Position numbers and translations under genes: made by a program. Shown here in pieces: positions 35,136 through 44,442 of a DNA stretch of 64,000 nt. The stretch is taken from IMG/VR virus record IMGVR_UViG_3300046171_000308; one strand, written 5' to 3'. This stretch comes from an uncultured virus (IMG/VR IMGVR_UViG_3300046171_000308). Its lineage: Duplodnaviria > Heunggongvirae > Uroviricota > Caudoviricetes. The notes under the pieces are model-generated. The model did no database searches and had not been told where the DNA came from. It saw only the letters and a list, made by a program, of their open reading frames with translations. Position 1 is the stretch's first letter. Each line of letters begins with the position of its first letter.

Positions 35136-35543
35136 CTAGATTATTTGGTTACGGTTGTTACCTTGAAGGTTTCCCACCTTAAGGTTAGTAACTAGTTTGG
35201 TAGCTACCATCCTGTCGCGTATCTTTGTATCGAATAAACTTGTTTTGCTTTCTACTACATCTACAGCATTCTTTAGCAATAACGCTGCACCTAATACTGT
35301 GCTCAAAACATTGATTTCTTTCCAAGTGGTTCTTTCAAAGCCTAGTCTAGAAAGACTCTCTAGTCTACGACTTTTTAGGCGCCCACCAAAAATGCCGTTT
35401 GTTCCTACTACGTCAAGGGTTTCTCTAAGTGTGATAAGAACTAACAAACCAATTGAGCTTAACTCTATTTTATCCCATGTAGCAATAGAAATGCCGAGTC
35501 TCTTCTCGATTTGCTTTTCAATAGTGCTATCTCCGTTTACCAT
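35136..35543 (-). CDS. two-TM membrane protein with internal repeat
   Basis: RLG....TW..I...S motif occurs twice, each before a hydrophobic helix; GAGGTG RBS. Confidence 0.7.
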   Translation of the reverse strand: MVNGDSTIEKQIEKRLGISIATWDKIELSSIGLLVLITLRETLDVVGTNGIFGGRLKSRRLESLSRLGFERTTWKEINVLSTVLGAALLLKNAVDVVESKTSLFDTKIRDRMVATKLVTNLKVGNLQGNNRNQII

Positions 35544-35552
35544 GATAACACC

Positions 35553-37760
35553 TCAAATATAAATCCATGATACTTTACCGTCTGAATCAACGTCTATGTA
35601 CCAGTCTCCGCCCATAATAACCATCATTTGTGACCCGTCTTTGTTCTTAACATAATACAAGTCTGGCTCCTTGAATTTCTTGCCTGACTCTTCGTCTACG
35701 CCAAAGTTGTGAATATATTTCTGTTTATTGTCTCCGGTTTCTTTACCAGAGCGATATCCAATTGACCAAGCTTTGCCAAGACCAATCCATGTATCCCCAA
35801 AGTCAATTTTTTGTTTCTTAACACTACTAGGGTTTTTCTGATGAAATTGCTTATACATTTCTTTGGCTTCTGCGACAGTTCCTGGGTTAGTCCTGACCAC
35901 ATCACGGGGCGGATAGTTTCTGTCTACTGTTGAGTTTCCATAGAACTCTCGCGCATAAGACAAACCTACAGCGAATCTTTGAGCTCTATCGGGGAATTCC
36001 TCATTCATTTTCTTGTTACCCATGAAGCGCTCGATGTACTTCTTTAGTGGTTCCTTACGCATGCTGCCGTTTTTACTACGCTTCTTGCGAGGCTTTGGAA
36101 GAGGGTTGGATTTTGGGTATTCTTTGTGTTGTTGGAGGATATTGAAGAGTCGCCACTCTTCCTCTTCAGTTGAATCGCCATCTGGTGAAAATCTCCGAAG
36201 AGCATTTATCACATCATCGGTGTTGGTGAAGGAAATTCCCAATTCCTCTTCGACTGCTTGGCGGTGTGTTTTTTGGGACTCTTCATCACTCTCTTCTTCC
36301 ACCTCTTCTTCCTGGGTTTTGAAACCCTCCATATCTGTGCCGAACCTATCCATGAAGGCTGCTTCTGCTTCTGCTTTCAGGCGTATGGCGTCTGCTTCTG
36401 CTTGTGCTTTCAAGACGGTCCTCATGTCCTGTGCTTCTTCAGACGGAAGCTGTGTTGGATTGCCGTCTTTGTCGTAAGCAACTGGTGGATTGGAGAATAT
36501 TTTGTTACCATAGAACTTCGCAGCGTAAGTCATAGCTACGGCGTAGCGCTGCTTGCTGTTGGGAAAGTTGCTATTCATCTTGGGGTCTTCCATAACCCGG
36601 CGGATGTACTTCTTGCTTGGTTCCTTACGCATACGCCCTGCTTTGTCACGCTTCTTGCGTGGCTTTGGTGGGGGTCGAGGCGTTGGAGGGTTAGACCTCA
36701 TACCGTCTTCGCCATAAACTACTTTCTCGGCTGCTTCTGAGGAAAGACCATCTTCTATGAGGTTGCCCCAGCGAATTATGTTTTCTAATGAATTTAAGTC
36801 CCTTTCTAACTCTGTTTTTTCTCTATATGCCTGTGTTCGTCTTTCTAGTTCTTTTGCTTCAAATTCTACAATATCTGTGTCTTCCCAATAATTTTGAACT
36901 GGGTCTGGTAGAGAATCTATAAATGCTCGGTCTGCAGCTCGTATCTCCCTTCGTTGCTGTATAATTTCCGGGGTCGTAGAAAAAGCAGAGGGTGGCATTC
37001 TGTAGCTACCTACTGGCTCATAGCCTTCTCGTCGGATACGTCGGTCTTTTACATAATTTTGGACCTTTTTCTTGAGTCTATCGAACGCACCATTAGGCAA
37101 AGGAGGTTGTTCATAAGCATGTGTTGATGAAGCCGAGCTCATCATAGGATTGGAACGCGGGTTGTCGTTTCCGGTATATGCACTAATTGACGGATAAACG
37201 CCAGGAATGAACAGGGATTTGGCCGCATCACGGAATTCTGGAGTGTCGTCAAAAAAGAAATCTACATCGAATTTACTTTTGAGATGTGTCAAAACGTTTA
37301 ACTTATGCTTTATCAGATTCTGTTTGCTGGGATTCCCGCTATGTAAGAAAATCAAATCTTCTTGTAAAGCATCTATTGGAAATCCGGCTTGCTGTAGGCT
37401 TTTCTTGGTAGCAGCTAAAACAGAGCGAGGACGACCAGATAGGTATGCAATAGTATAACCGCTTTTAGATAATCCTCTAACAAAATTAGTCGTTCCTGGT
37501 ATAGCTGTGTCCATTAATACGTACTGATTTTGATTTAGAAATTCAAACCACTTCTTTGATTTGGGCTTAAGTCCTTGACGACGAGCAACTCTTTCTCGAC
37601 GAGATAAATCAAACAAGGTATTGTCTAAGTCGAAAACTGCCAATTTAGAAGTTACTTTTCTAACACTTGGCTGGTTTTTTCTTGTTAGTTCTAAGTTGCA
37701 TACCCGACATGTTGAGGCATGGTCGGGGTTTAGGTGGTTGCAGTGTGGGCACTCATTCAC
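35553..37760 (-). CDS. multidomain protein: zinc ribbon, HAD phosphatase (PNKP-like), duplicated basic module and C-terminal domain
   Basis: CPHC/CRVC; FDLDNTL, LSGR, K and FFDD HAD motifs; two copies of PKPRKKR...KKYI.R.M...FP...QR.AV. Confidence 0.82.
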   Translation of the reverse strand: MNECPHCNHLNPDHASTCRVCNLELTRKNQPSVRKVTSKLAVFDLDNTLFDLSRRERVARRQGLKPKSKKWFEFLNQNQYVLMDTAIPGTTNFVRGLSKSGYTIAYLSGRPRSVLAATKKSLQQAGFPIDALQEDLIFLHSGNPSKQNLIKHKLNVLTHLKSKFDVDFFFDDTPEFRDAAKSLFIPGVYPSISAYTGNDNPRSNPMMSSASSTHAYEQPPLPNGAFDRLKKKVQNYVKDRRIRREGYEPVGSYRMPPSAFSTTPEIIQQRREIRAADRAFIDSLPDPVQNYWEDTDIVEFEAKELERRTQAYREKTELERDLNSLENIIRWGNLIEDGLSSEAAEKVVYGEDGMRSNPPTPRPPPKPRKKRDKAGRMRKEPSKKYIRRVMEDPKMNSNFPNSKQRYAVAMTYAAKFYGNKIFSNPPVAYDKDGNPTQLPSEEAQDMRTVLKAQAEADAIRLKAEAEAAFMDRFGTDMEGFKTQEEEVEEESDEESQKTHRQAVEEELGISFTNTDDVINALRRFSPDGDSTEEEEWRLFNILQQHKEYPKSNPLPKPRKKRSKNGSMRKEPLKKYIERFMGNKKMNEEFPDRAQRFAVGLSYAREFYGNSTVDRNYPPRDVVRTNPGTVAEAKEMYKQFHQKNPSSVKKQKIDFGDTWIGLGKAWSIGYRSGKETGDNKQKYIHNFGVDEESGKKFKEPDLYYVKNKDGSQMMVIMGGDWYIDVDSDGKVSWIYI

Positions 37761-40700
37761 CTTGTGGCCCCCCTCTGTCTAAACCAACGTTGAATACTCG
37801 GCCTAATTGACGACCGATGTAATTTAGGCTACTTCTACTAAATGCCTTGCCTTTCCCGAATATTGACTCAAGTTGTTTGATTAAGGTAACAGAGACTTCT
37901 TCGGCCATTGTAGATAGTTCTTCTGTTAGTACGCGACGTGCTTCGTTTCTGCTACTAAGCGGTTCCATCTTGTTTAGAAGCGTCTGTAAGTAGTTTAAGA
38001 ATGAGTCATCTAAATCGGTAGCTTGGAAACCGTTGTAAAGTAAATATCCTATTTCATTTTCAGCAGTTTGAGTTTGATACAACTTTTGCATTGCTAATCT
38101 GTTGTTACTACCGCCACTGACTAACTTTGTATTACTAACTACTTGGTTTGTAGCTGTTTGATACATAGACCCATCTACTAAACCTGGGAAGTTTCGTGTT
38201 AATAGGTCAAAGATTCTACTTTGAAGTAGCTCTACACCCTGCAATATGCCGGGTGCTCTACGTGCTCTAGGTCTGGCTAAGTCTTGCCTATACATATCTC
38301 GTGCGAAACGGCGCACCTCGCTAACGTCTGGAGCAAACCCGCCTCCTGCTTGTCTTAGTCTTAGGTTTGCATCAATGGTGAGTCCTTCTCTTTGTGCATA
38401 TCCTCTGAGATATCTTCGGTAACTAATACTGGTGTCATCAAATGCGGACATAATATCTCTCATAGCGGTATATTCATCCATGAGTAACATAACCAAGTCT
38501 GCGGGGAATAGAGTTTGTAATCTATCAACCTCAGCGAAATCAGACATTATGCCGTTAACAGTATCATGGGTAAAATTTAGTTCGTTGCCTATTAACCGCA
38601 TAAACTCCTTCATCTGAGCCACGTAATTTATCTCTGTTTGTGGTGGCGGGTTATCTGCATCGACCCCGAGTGTCATCAATTGGTCTAAACTTGTACTTAC
38701 GTCGTCGATTGTTGTTATTTGGATTGTACTGCTCCTAATAGCTCTTGTCGCAGCTTCTACTGCGGCAATTGGTTCATCGGTTAGTATAGCAAGACATAAT
38801 TCGTTTAGGTTAGAAATATGAGATTCAACTGCTAATCGGGCTTCCCCGAACAAATCTTCTACTGCACTGATAATTCCTGCTTTGTCGGGTCCTGGCTCTT
38901 CTAGTGGTCGGAAGTATCTTCTGCCCTCGCGCAGCGAAGCTACCATTTCTGGGATAATCGCTTCGTGAAGAGCTTGTATTATTGGTTCGTTAATAGTGCC
39001 TCTAATCTCTCTCTCCATGCTATCTATGACATCATTAAGGTTATTTCTCATTTTTGTTCTTGCCCCGGCAGTAATAGCAGGAGTATCTATATGACCAGGT
39101 TCGTGAGGGTTAGCGAAAACTTCCTCTTCCTCTGGCCCATCTTCGTCGTTTAGTAACTCTCTTGCTACTATATGGGCTAAATATGCACGGAGCCCTTCTT
39201 CGTCTATGACCCCGTCTCCTAAAGCTGGGAGGTCCTCAGTAACACGCCCAATAAATCTCTCACTAAACGCATCACTAGCGTCTTCAAAAGTTGTACGTAT
39301 ATCATCAAGCACTGTTGATACTTCTGAATGTAGATTCATCTGGCTCAAAGAATAATAAACCAAAACTACCATGAATCTAATATCGTTCTTAGTAGGCGTG
39401 TAGTTATACTTTAGTTCTGATAACTTGAATGCTTCTTGTAATAGTTGGTAAATTGAAGGACCTTTGGAGTGTTGCGTTGGCATGATTGTAGCACTATAAG
39501 AAGTATAGAAACTAGGAGTCTTGAATAGAGTATTTTTTGTGTTGTCTTCGCTTAATTTTGCTATTAGAGCTCCTACGCTGTTATCTTCAGCGGCTGCTGA
39601 ATTTGCATCTATGACTGCTTGTATTTGTACATCTGCATTGCCGTCTCCAAACTCAGCTCCCAATACTTCGTTCCCTATACCGACAAATCTTGGTTTGATG
39701 TCTTTAAGGAATTCTATAGCGTCTGCATTGATATCGCCGTCATTTGAAAGGGCCTCCCGACCAAGTGCTTCTAGTTCTAGAAGTCTTGCTATAAAGTCAC
39801 CTACTGATTCAAAGTTTTTGCTAAATCTTTCAACCGAACCCACTCCCATGTTAATTCCACTTGGGACTAAGAAGTCTGTAGCGTTAAATTCACCTCCGCC
39901 TAATCCAGTAAGCTTATCTTTGTGACGACCTAAAGTCTCCATCATACTCAGTACAAACTGTTGTGGCCAGTTGGTTGGGATTGGTCTAATACCTGGCAGG
40001 TCTGTGAAGTAAAATGCTTGTTGGTCCTCCATTGCTCTAAATCTTTCAGCTTCTGTTGCTAGTGCTGCGGCTTGCTGTGTTTCAGCGATTAGAGTATTGA
40101 ATGCACTTTTATTGATGTCACTGGTATCTAGTGAGCGTGAAACTTTGTCTAATATAGAGTATATTCTATCGGTTAGGCGAGAAGTATTGAATTCCTTTTT
40201 ACTGAGTTGTTGTTGCTCGGCTTGGTCTAGGTATTTTATGTGCTCTTCTGCACCTGATACGACCTTAATCGCCCCGCTTTCTCTATCGTACTCTACTGGG
40301 CGTTGCATCTGTTGGAATGCTTTGAAAGTAGAATCTTTGAGGTTTGTAGGCATTGGGAAGAGAACAAGACCAGCACGAGGGAATAAGAAACCGGGGTGGG
40401 CTATCAAAGCTAACTCTTTACCCATGTAGAAGTCTTTGGGGTCAGTGGCTAGTCTTTTGACTAATGCCCTATAAGAAGCATCTAACTTGCGTAAGTTAGC
40501 ATCGGATTTCTTACCAGAGTTAGAAACTAAAGTACGCATACTTGGGAGGATATATTCGTTGATATACTTTAGTGCATTTACGTTGGCGGCACTGGTAACT
40601 AAATATGGCGCTAAAACTTTTTGAGCAAAGTTATCGAATATGTCTCTACTGTTGTCATAAGTTAAGCCCAGTTCTTGGAAAACAGATATTAGTGCACCTG

Positions 40701-41883
40701 CCTCAGCATTGTCGTCATCACCAATTTCAACTTCGACGCCGTCTAATGCACTATCAACAAATCGCTTGATGTCACTAGCTGTTTTATTTGACTGAAGCGC
40801 TCTAACAGGAGCTAAGTTAGCATTAACGTCAGTAATTGAACTACCCAGTCCTAGGCTTTCATAAGCCGCTATTGTTTCAGCTTTTGATGGGTTGCTACGA
40901 GGGCTGGTGCCTAACTTTGTTATTTTTCGCAAGTTGCCAATTAAAACAAAAGAGCCGTCGTCGACCCCTGCATAGACATCAAGATGTGGAGGAAATACGT
41001 CAAGTCGCCCTCCCAGTAAGTCCAAGTAAATGACATTATACGTTTGTAGTATGTTAGTCCCTTCTACCGCCTCGTGGAATAAGCCGAAATAATCCAGACT
41101 GGCGGTGGCACCAAGTCTAATAGGGTCTTCGAGTTGTTCGTATGTTTTTCTTGGTTTTGGAAGTGCTCTCTCTGGGGTAAACTTGTATTTGAAATTTCGC
41201 GGCGGCGGGGTTCTTCGTTGGGGGGGACGTGGCATTGGTAAGTCGTTTGGATTAGATTTGGAGTCTTCTAACATTTCTTCTAGACTATCGAAAACTACTG
41301 CACTACTCATAGTCGAGAAACCACTAGATGGGTTACTTCTACCTCTTTGATTTCTTTTGTTCTTGTTATCGCTTTTCTTGTCGCCTTTTAGGTTAAGACC
41401 AGTAGGAGGTGGTATGAAACGGTGAGCTGGTAATAGTGATTCACCCTTTCTTGCTTTGATTAGTTGAGATGTCCTAAGAGGATAGCGAAGAGCAGGAGAG
41501 ACAGGACGGGTGAGGAGAATAGAAAGAATTTGAGTTGCACCAAACAAACCATATTCTTCGACCATGTTATTGTAAAGAGCTGGAGTCAGGTCTCTTTCAG
41601 TTAATGCTGTTAAGCGAGCTTTATACATAGGAGTTGGAACTTCCATGAAACCTGATAATTCTGCTGGGTGAGCTGGATTGCTTCTAGTCGTTCCTTGTCT
41701 AGTATTAATTGTTACATGACTAGAAACTCCTTTAGTTAAGTCTCCTAGACTGATTTTCTTACCGTTTTCATCGGTCAGTGTGTAATCTAATACTTTACCG
41801 TGTGTAGCTAACAGTTGCTCTCTAACCCACTCATGAGCCTCGCCTAAACTTGCGCCTGTCAATCTATTGGGAATATTCAACAT
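37753..41883 (-). CDS. 1376-aa hypothetical protein with NP-delimited segments
   Basis: Long helical ORF; three RSNP, one KSNP, plus FANP and ADNP. Confidence 0.75.
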   Translation of the reverse strand: MLNIPNRLTGASLGEAHEWVREQLLATHGKVLDYTLTDENGKKISLGDLTKGVSSHVTINTRQGTTRSNPAHPAELSGFMEVPTPMYKARLTALTERDLTPALYNNMVEEYGLFGATQILSILLTRPVSPALRYPLRTSQLIKARKGESLLPAHRFIPPPTGLNLKGDKKSDNKNKRNQRGRSNPSSGFSTMSSAVVFDSLEEMLEDSKSNPNDLPMPRPPQRRTPPPRNFKYKFTPERALPKPRKTYEQLEDPIRLGATASLDYFGLFHEAVEGTNILQTYNVIYLDLLGGRLDVFPPHLDVYAGVDDGSFVLIGNLRKITKLGTSPRSNPSKAETIAAYESLGLGSSITDVNANLAPVRALQSNKTASDIKRFVDSALDGVEVEIGDDDNAEAGALISVFQELGLTYDNSRDIFDNFAQKVLAPYLVTSAANVNALKYINEYILPSMRTLVSNSGKKSDANLRKLDASYRALVKRLATDPKDFYMGKELALIAHPGFLFPRAGLVLFPMPTNLKDSTFKAFQQMQRPVEYDRESGAIKVVSGAEEHIKYLDQAEQQQLSKKEFNTSRLTDRIYSILDKVSRSLDTSDINKSAFNTLIAETQQAAALATEAERFRAMEDQQAFYFTDLPGIRPIPTNWPQQFVLSMMETLGRHKDKLTGLGGGEFNATDFLVPSGINMGVGSVERFSKNFESVGDFIARLLELEALGREALSNDGDINADAIEFLKDIKPRFVGIGNEVLGAEFGDGNADVQIQAVIDANSAAAEDNSVGALIAKLSEDNTKNTLFKTPSFYTSYSATIMPTQHSKGPSIYQLLQEAFKLSELKYNYTPTKNDIRFMVVLVYYSLSQMNLHSEVSTVLDDIRTTFEDASDAFSERFIGRVTEDLPALGDGVIDEEGLRAYLAHIVARELLNDEDGPEEEEVFANPHEPGHIDTPAITAGARTKMRNNLNDVIDSMEREIRGTINEPIIQALHEAIIPEMVASLREGRRYFRPLEEPGPDKAGIISAVEDLFGEARLAVESHISNLNELCLAILTDEPIAAVEAATRAIRSSTIQITTIDDVSTSLDQLMTLGVDADNPPPQTEINYVAQMKEFMRLIGNELNFTHDTVNGIMSDFAEVDRLQTLFPADLVMLLMDEYTAMRDIMSAFDDTSISYRRYLRGYAQREGLTIDANLRLRQAGGGFAPDVSEVRRFARDMYRQDLARPRARRAPGILQGVELLQSRIFDLLTRNFPGLVDGSMYQTATNQVVSNTKLVSGGSNNRLAMQKLYQTQTAENEIGYLLYNGFQATDLDDSFLNYLQTLLNKMEPLSSRNEARRVLTEELSTMAEEVSVTLIKQLESIFGKGKAFSRSSLNYIGRQLGRVFNVGLDRGGPQGE

Positions 41884-42158
41884 TAAATCACTCTCCTTGC
41901 ATTACCTAAGACTCCGGCTTCAACACCTTTGTCAGCAATAAATATAGACACTGGAAGGGCTAATAATCCACCTATAGCGGCTCCTCTAACGAACAGATAG
42001 TTGTTATCTGAACTGCGCTTGTAACCTGGAATTGCCTTGTCTATTGCTCTTCCCAAGCCAGCAGAAAGAGCTGCACCGCCTACTAACATTGTACCCACGA
42101 GGAATTTCCTGCGTGAGTCACTGGCCAGTAGTGCGTCTAGAAAACCCATAGTAATCAC
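41883..42158 (-). CDS. small two-TM membrane protein
   Basis: Two Gly/Ala-rich hydrophobic helices. Confidence 0.65.
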   Translation of the reverse strand: MITMGFLDALLASDSRRKFLVGTMLVGGAALSAGLGRAIDKAIPGYKRSSDNNYLFVRGAAIGGLLALPVSIFIADKGVEAGVLGNARRVI

Positions 42159-44398
42159 TTCTTGGTCGGGGTTGCTCTTAGTTTACTGTAAAATGTTCCT
42201 CTGTCTGCCTTCTTAACCTTAAACAGGTTCTTTGTGCCCTTTCCACCACTATAGGTTGGTACACCATATAGTGAAGTGAATTTTTCCCATGCTGGGTTGG
42301 CTTCTGCCTTGCGGTGTTTTGGCCTAACGGTGCGTCGGCCTTTGCTGTCAGTAAATGCTTCAAAGGATTTGCGTGGTAAAGCAATCAACCAAGGTACAGG
42401 TTTGCCTGTGCGCTTGTGAATAGCTGTTTTGATAAAGTATCCATCGTTACTTGGGCCACCAGAGAAAACACCTGCAAGACCTGTGCTGTCGGAAACTTTT
42501 GTTCCTCCTTGCTCCCAGAACTGAGTTGCGTTCTTCTTGCCTTTGTGCTTACCGGTAAACTCTACTTGTGTTTTAGGTAGTAGTTGTACTTGAATAAAAC
42601 TGCCTCTACCCATGGTTCCTTGTCCACCAAAGCGGTTTGACCTAACTTCGGGGTTGGGTGTATACCAAAATCGCAGCCCAAAACCACTCTTATCCAGTTT
42701 AAATTCACCATTATAGATTAGGCTGAGTTGGTTTTCAACGGCATCGTGGCTGCCGAACAGTTCTACTAAATTGTCGTAATCTCGAGATACAGAGTTTTTT
42801 TCTCCATAATCTTTGGTGAAATCGAATGAAAAAGTAGGCCCTGCTTGAGTTTTCATGGCGTTGTCGACTGAGGAATCAATCCAATCACTGCCGAACTTTT
42901 GTAACGCTGTTTCTGCATCTGCCCGTTGCTTTCTTCGGATTTCTCCGAGTCTTGCCGCGCCATCAAAAGGTGCGTTGCTACGAGGGTTGCTCATTGGTGC
43001 GCGGTTTCTTGGTCTACGGTCTCTACCAGCACTACGGCGTGGTCCTTCTTCTTCACCAGCACGGAAGTCTCTCGCTGTTTCGTCAAATGCATTGAAACCA
43101 CCAATTAGATTGCTCAAGGCTAACGCTCGTGTATCTTGATTGGCTGAGCGAATGTTTGTGTTGTCGCCCATCTTGAAAACCTCCCATGTTCCCTTTATAC
43201 CAATACCGTTATCCTTGATTTCCATGTAATAGCCTTCAGGGGTATCTTTGCTAATCTTGTTGTCGGAGGTTTTCAACTCTATAACGTTTCCACTTGCATC
43301 ACGGCCTTGTTTGTACATTAAGCGAGTAGTTAGCTTACTACCTTTCTTCTTTTTACCACCTAGTTTGCCTTCGTTGAATTGAACGTAGACAACTTGATTT
43401 GGTGAGACAAAGTTTCCACCAGTAGGGCTACTGAGGTTGATGTTCATAGCCGCAGACTGATAGTTGTATGGTGCAGCCACTAGTGCATTTAGGTTAGCAC
43501 GAACAGTAACTGTGTCGCCTAATTCCATAGCTTCAACAGTTTGCTGCATAATAGCATATGCTTCTGAAGCATCTCCAGTAAGACTTGTACTCATGTTAGC
43601 ATAGCCTCTACCACCAGCTCTGATTCCGTTTTCTAATTCTTCTACCATAGAAACTTCTGTGGCAGTAAGACGAATATAACGGGATAGGAAGTCACGGTAA
43701 AGACTTGGTCCTTCTTCTGCGTGTATGCTGTTTAGTGTATAGAAGTTATATTCACGGAAAGGAATAGAAGAAAGAATATCGTGAGCAAGACGGATAGGTA
43801 TTGGGTTGTTACCTCTTCGGCCATCGTCAGGAGAAGTTCTTAGGCGAATCTGCCTAGTGCAAATGTCATAAACCATGTTACCTTTCAAGATAGCATCTGC
43901 TTCGTTAGTAGAAGGATGGTTGATTAGTCGCTGCCTAAATGACACGTGTCCTGGGTCTACATTGCTCCACTCTTCACAAAAGGCTCTCAAACTAAGAGCT
44001 TCTTCGGGGCTGTATGCTGCGTTGATTTCTAGTGCATCGTCAAGTGGGTCCATGTTGTTAATGTATCGCTGCCACATACTAGCGGTTATCATTTGTTTGT
44101 AAGGACTATCTCTGATAGTAGTGCCACTCCAAAATGGAATAAAACTGCCTAAAGAGTTCCAAAAACTTCCTCTCTCGCCTGGTCGTCCGCCTGGAAGGCG
44201 TAAAGCTGCCCAGCCTCTAGCGCTAAGGAATAATCCTCGTACTCCGCCTTTATGTCCTGGATTCAATGCTGCATTCTGTGTATTTATGTTATCTGCCATG
44301 TCTGAAACCCCTAAATTTTCTACTTCATCATCAAAGTCATCGAGGCCGTGGTCTTCTGTTGGTTCGTTACTTATTCCGCTGCTTGCATTCAATACCAT
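42155..44398 (-). CDS. 747-aa hypothetical protein with NP/RSN-delimited segments
   Basis: GGGGGAG RBS; ALNP, GNNP, MSNPRSNA, TPNPEVRSNR and EANP. Confidence 0.75.
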   Translation of the reverse strand: MVLNASSGISNEPTEDHGLDDFDDEVENLGVSDMADNINTQNAALNPGHKGGVRGLFLSARGWAALRLPGGRPGERGSFWNSLGSFIPFWSGTTIRDSPYKQMITASMWQRYINNMDPLDDALEINAAYSPEEALSLRAFCEEWSNVDPGHVSFRQRLINHPSTNEADAILKGNMVYDICTRQIRLRTSPDDGRRGNNPIPIRLAHDILSSIPFREYNFYTLNSIHAEEGPSLYRDFLSRYIRLTATEVSMVEELENGIRAGGRGYANMSTSLTGDASEAYAIMQQTVEAMELGDTVTVRANLNALVAAPYNYQSAAMNINLSSPTGGNFVSPNQVVYVQFNEGKLGGKKKKGSKLTTRLMYKQGRDASGNVIELKTSDNKISKDTPEGYYMEIKDNGIGIKGTWEVFKMGDNTNIRSANQDTRALALSNLIGGFNAFDETARDFRAGEEEGPRRSAGRDRRPRNRAPMSNPRSNAPFDGAARLGEIRRKQRADAETALQKFGSDWIDSSVDNAMKTQAGPTFSFDFTKDYGEKNSVSRDYDNLVELFGSHDAVENQLSLIYNGEFKLDKSGFGLRFWYTPNPEVRSNRFGGQGTMGRGSFIQVQLLPKTQVEFTGKHKGKKNATQFWEQGGTKVSDSTGLAGVFSGGPSNDGYFIKTAIHKRTGKPVPWLIALPRKSFEAFTDSKGRRTVRPKHRKAEANPAWEKFTSLYGVPTYSGGKGTKNLFKVKKADRGTFYSKLRATPTKK

Positions 44399-44442
44399 TT
44401 ATTCTCCCCCTATGTTAGCGCACTCCATATTTAATAATAGAC

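Noticed and set aside
22381..44398. NP motifs as 2A ribosome-skipping signals or intein ends
   Set aside because: No D(V/I)ExNPGP consensus and no His-Asn followed by Cys/Ser/Thr intein blocks at these sites
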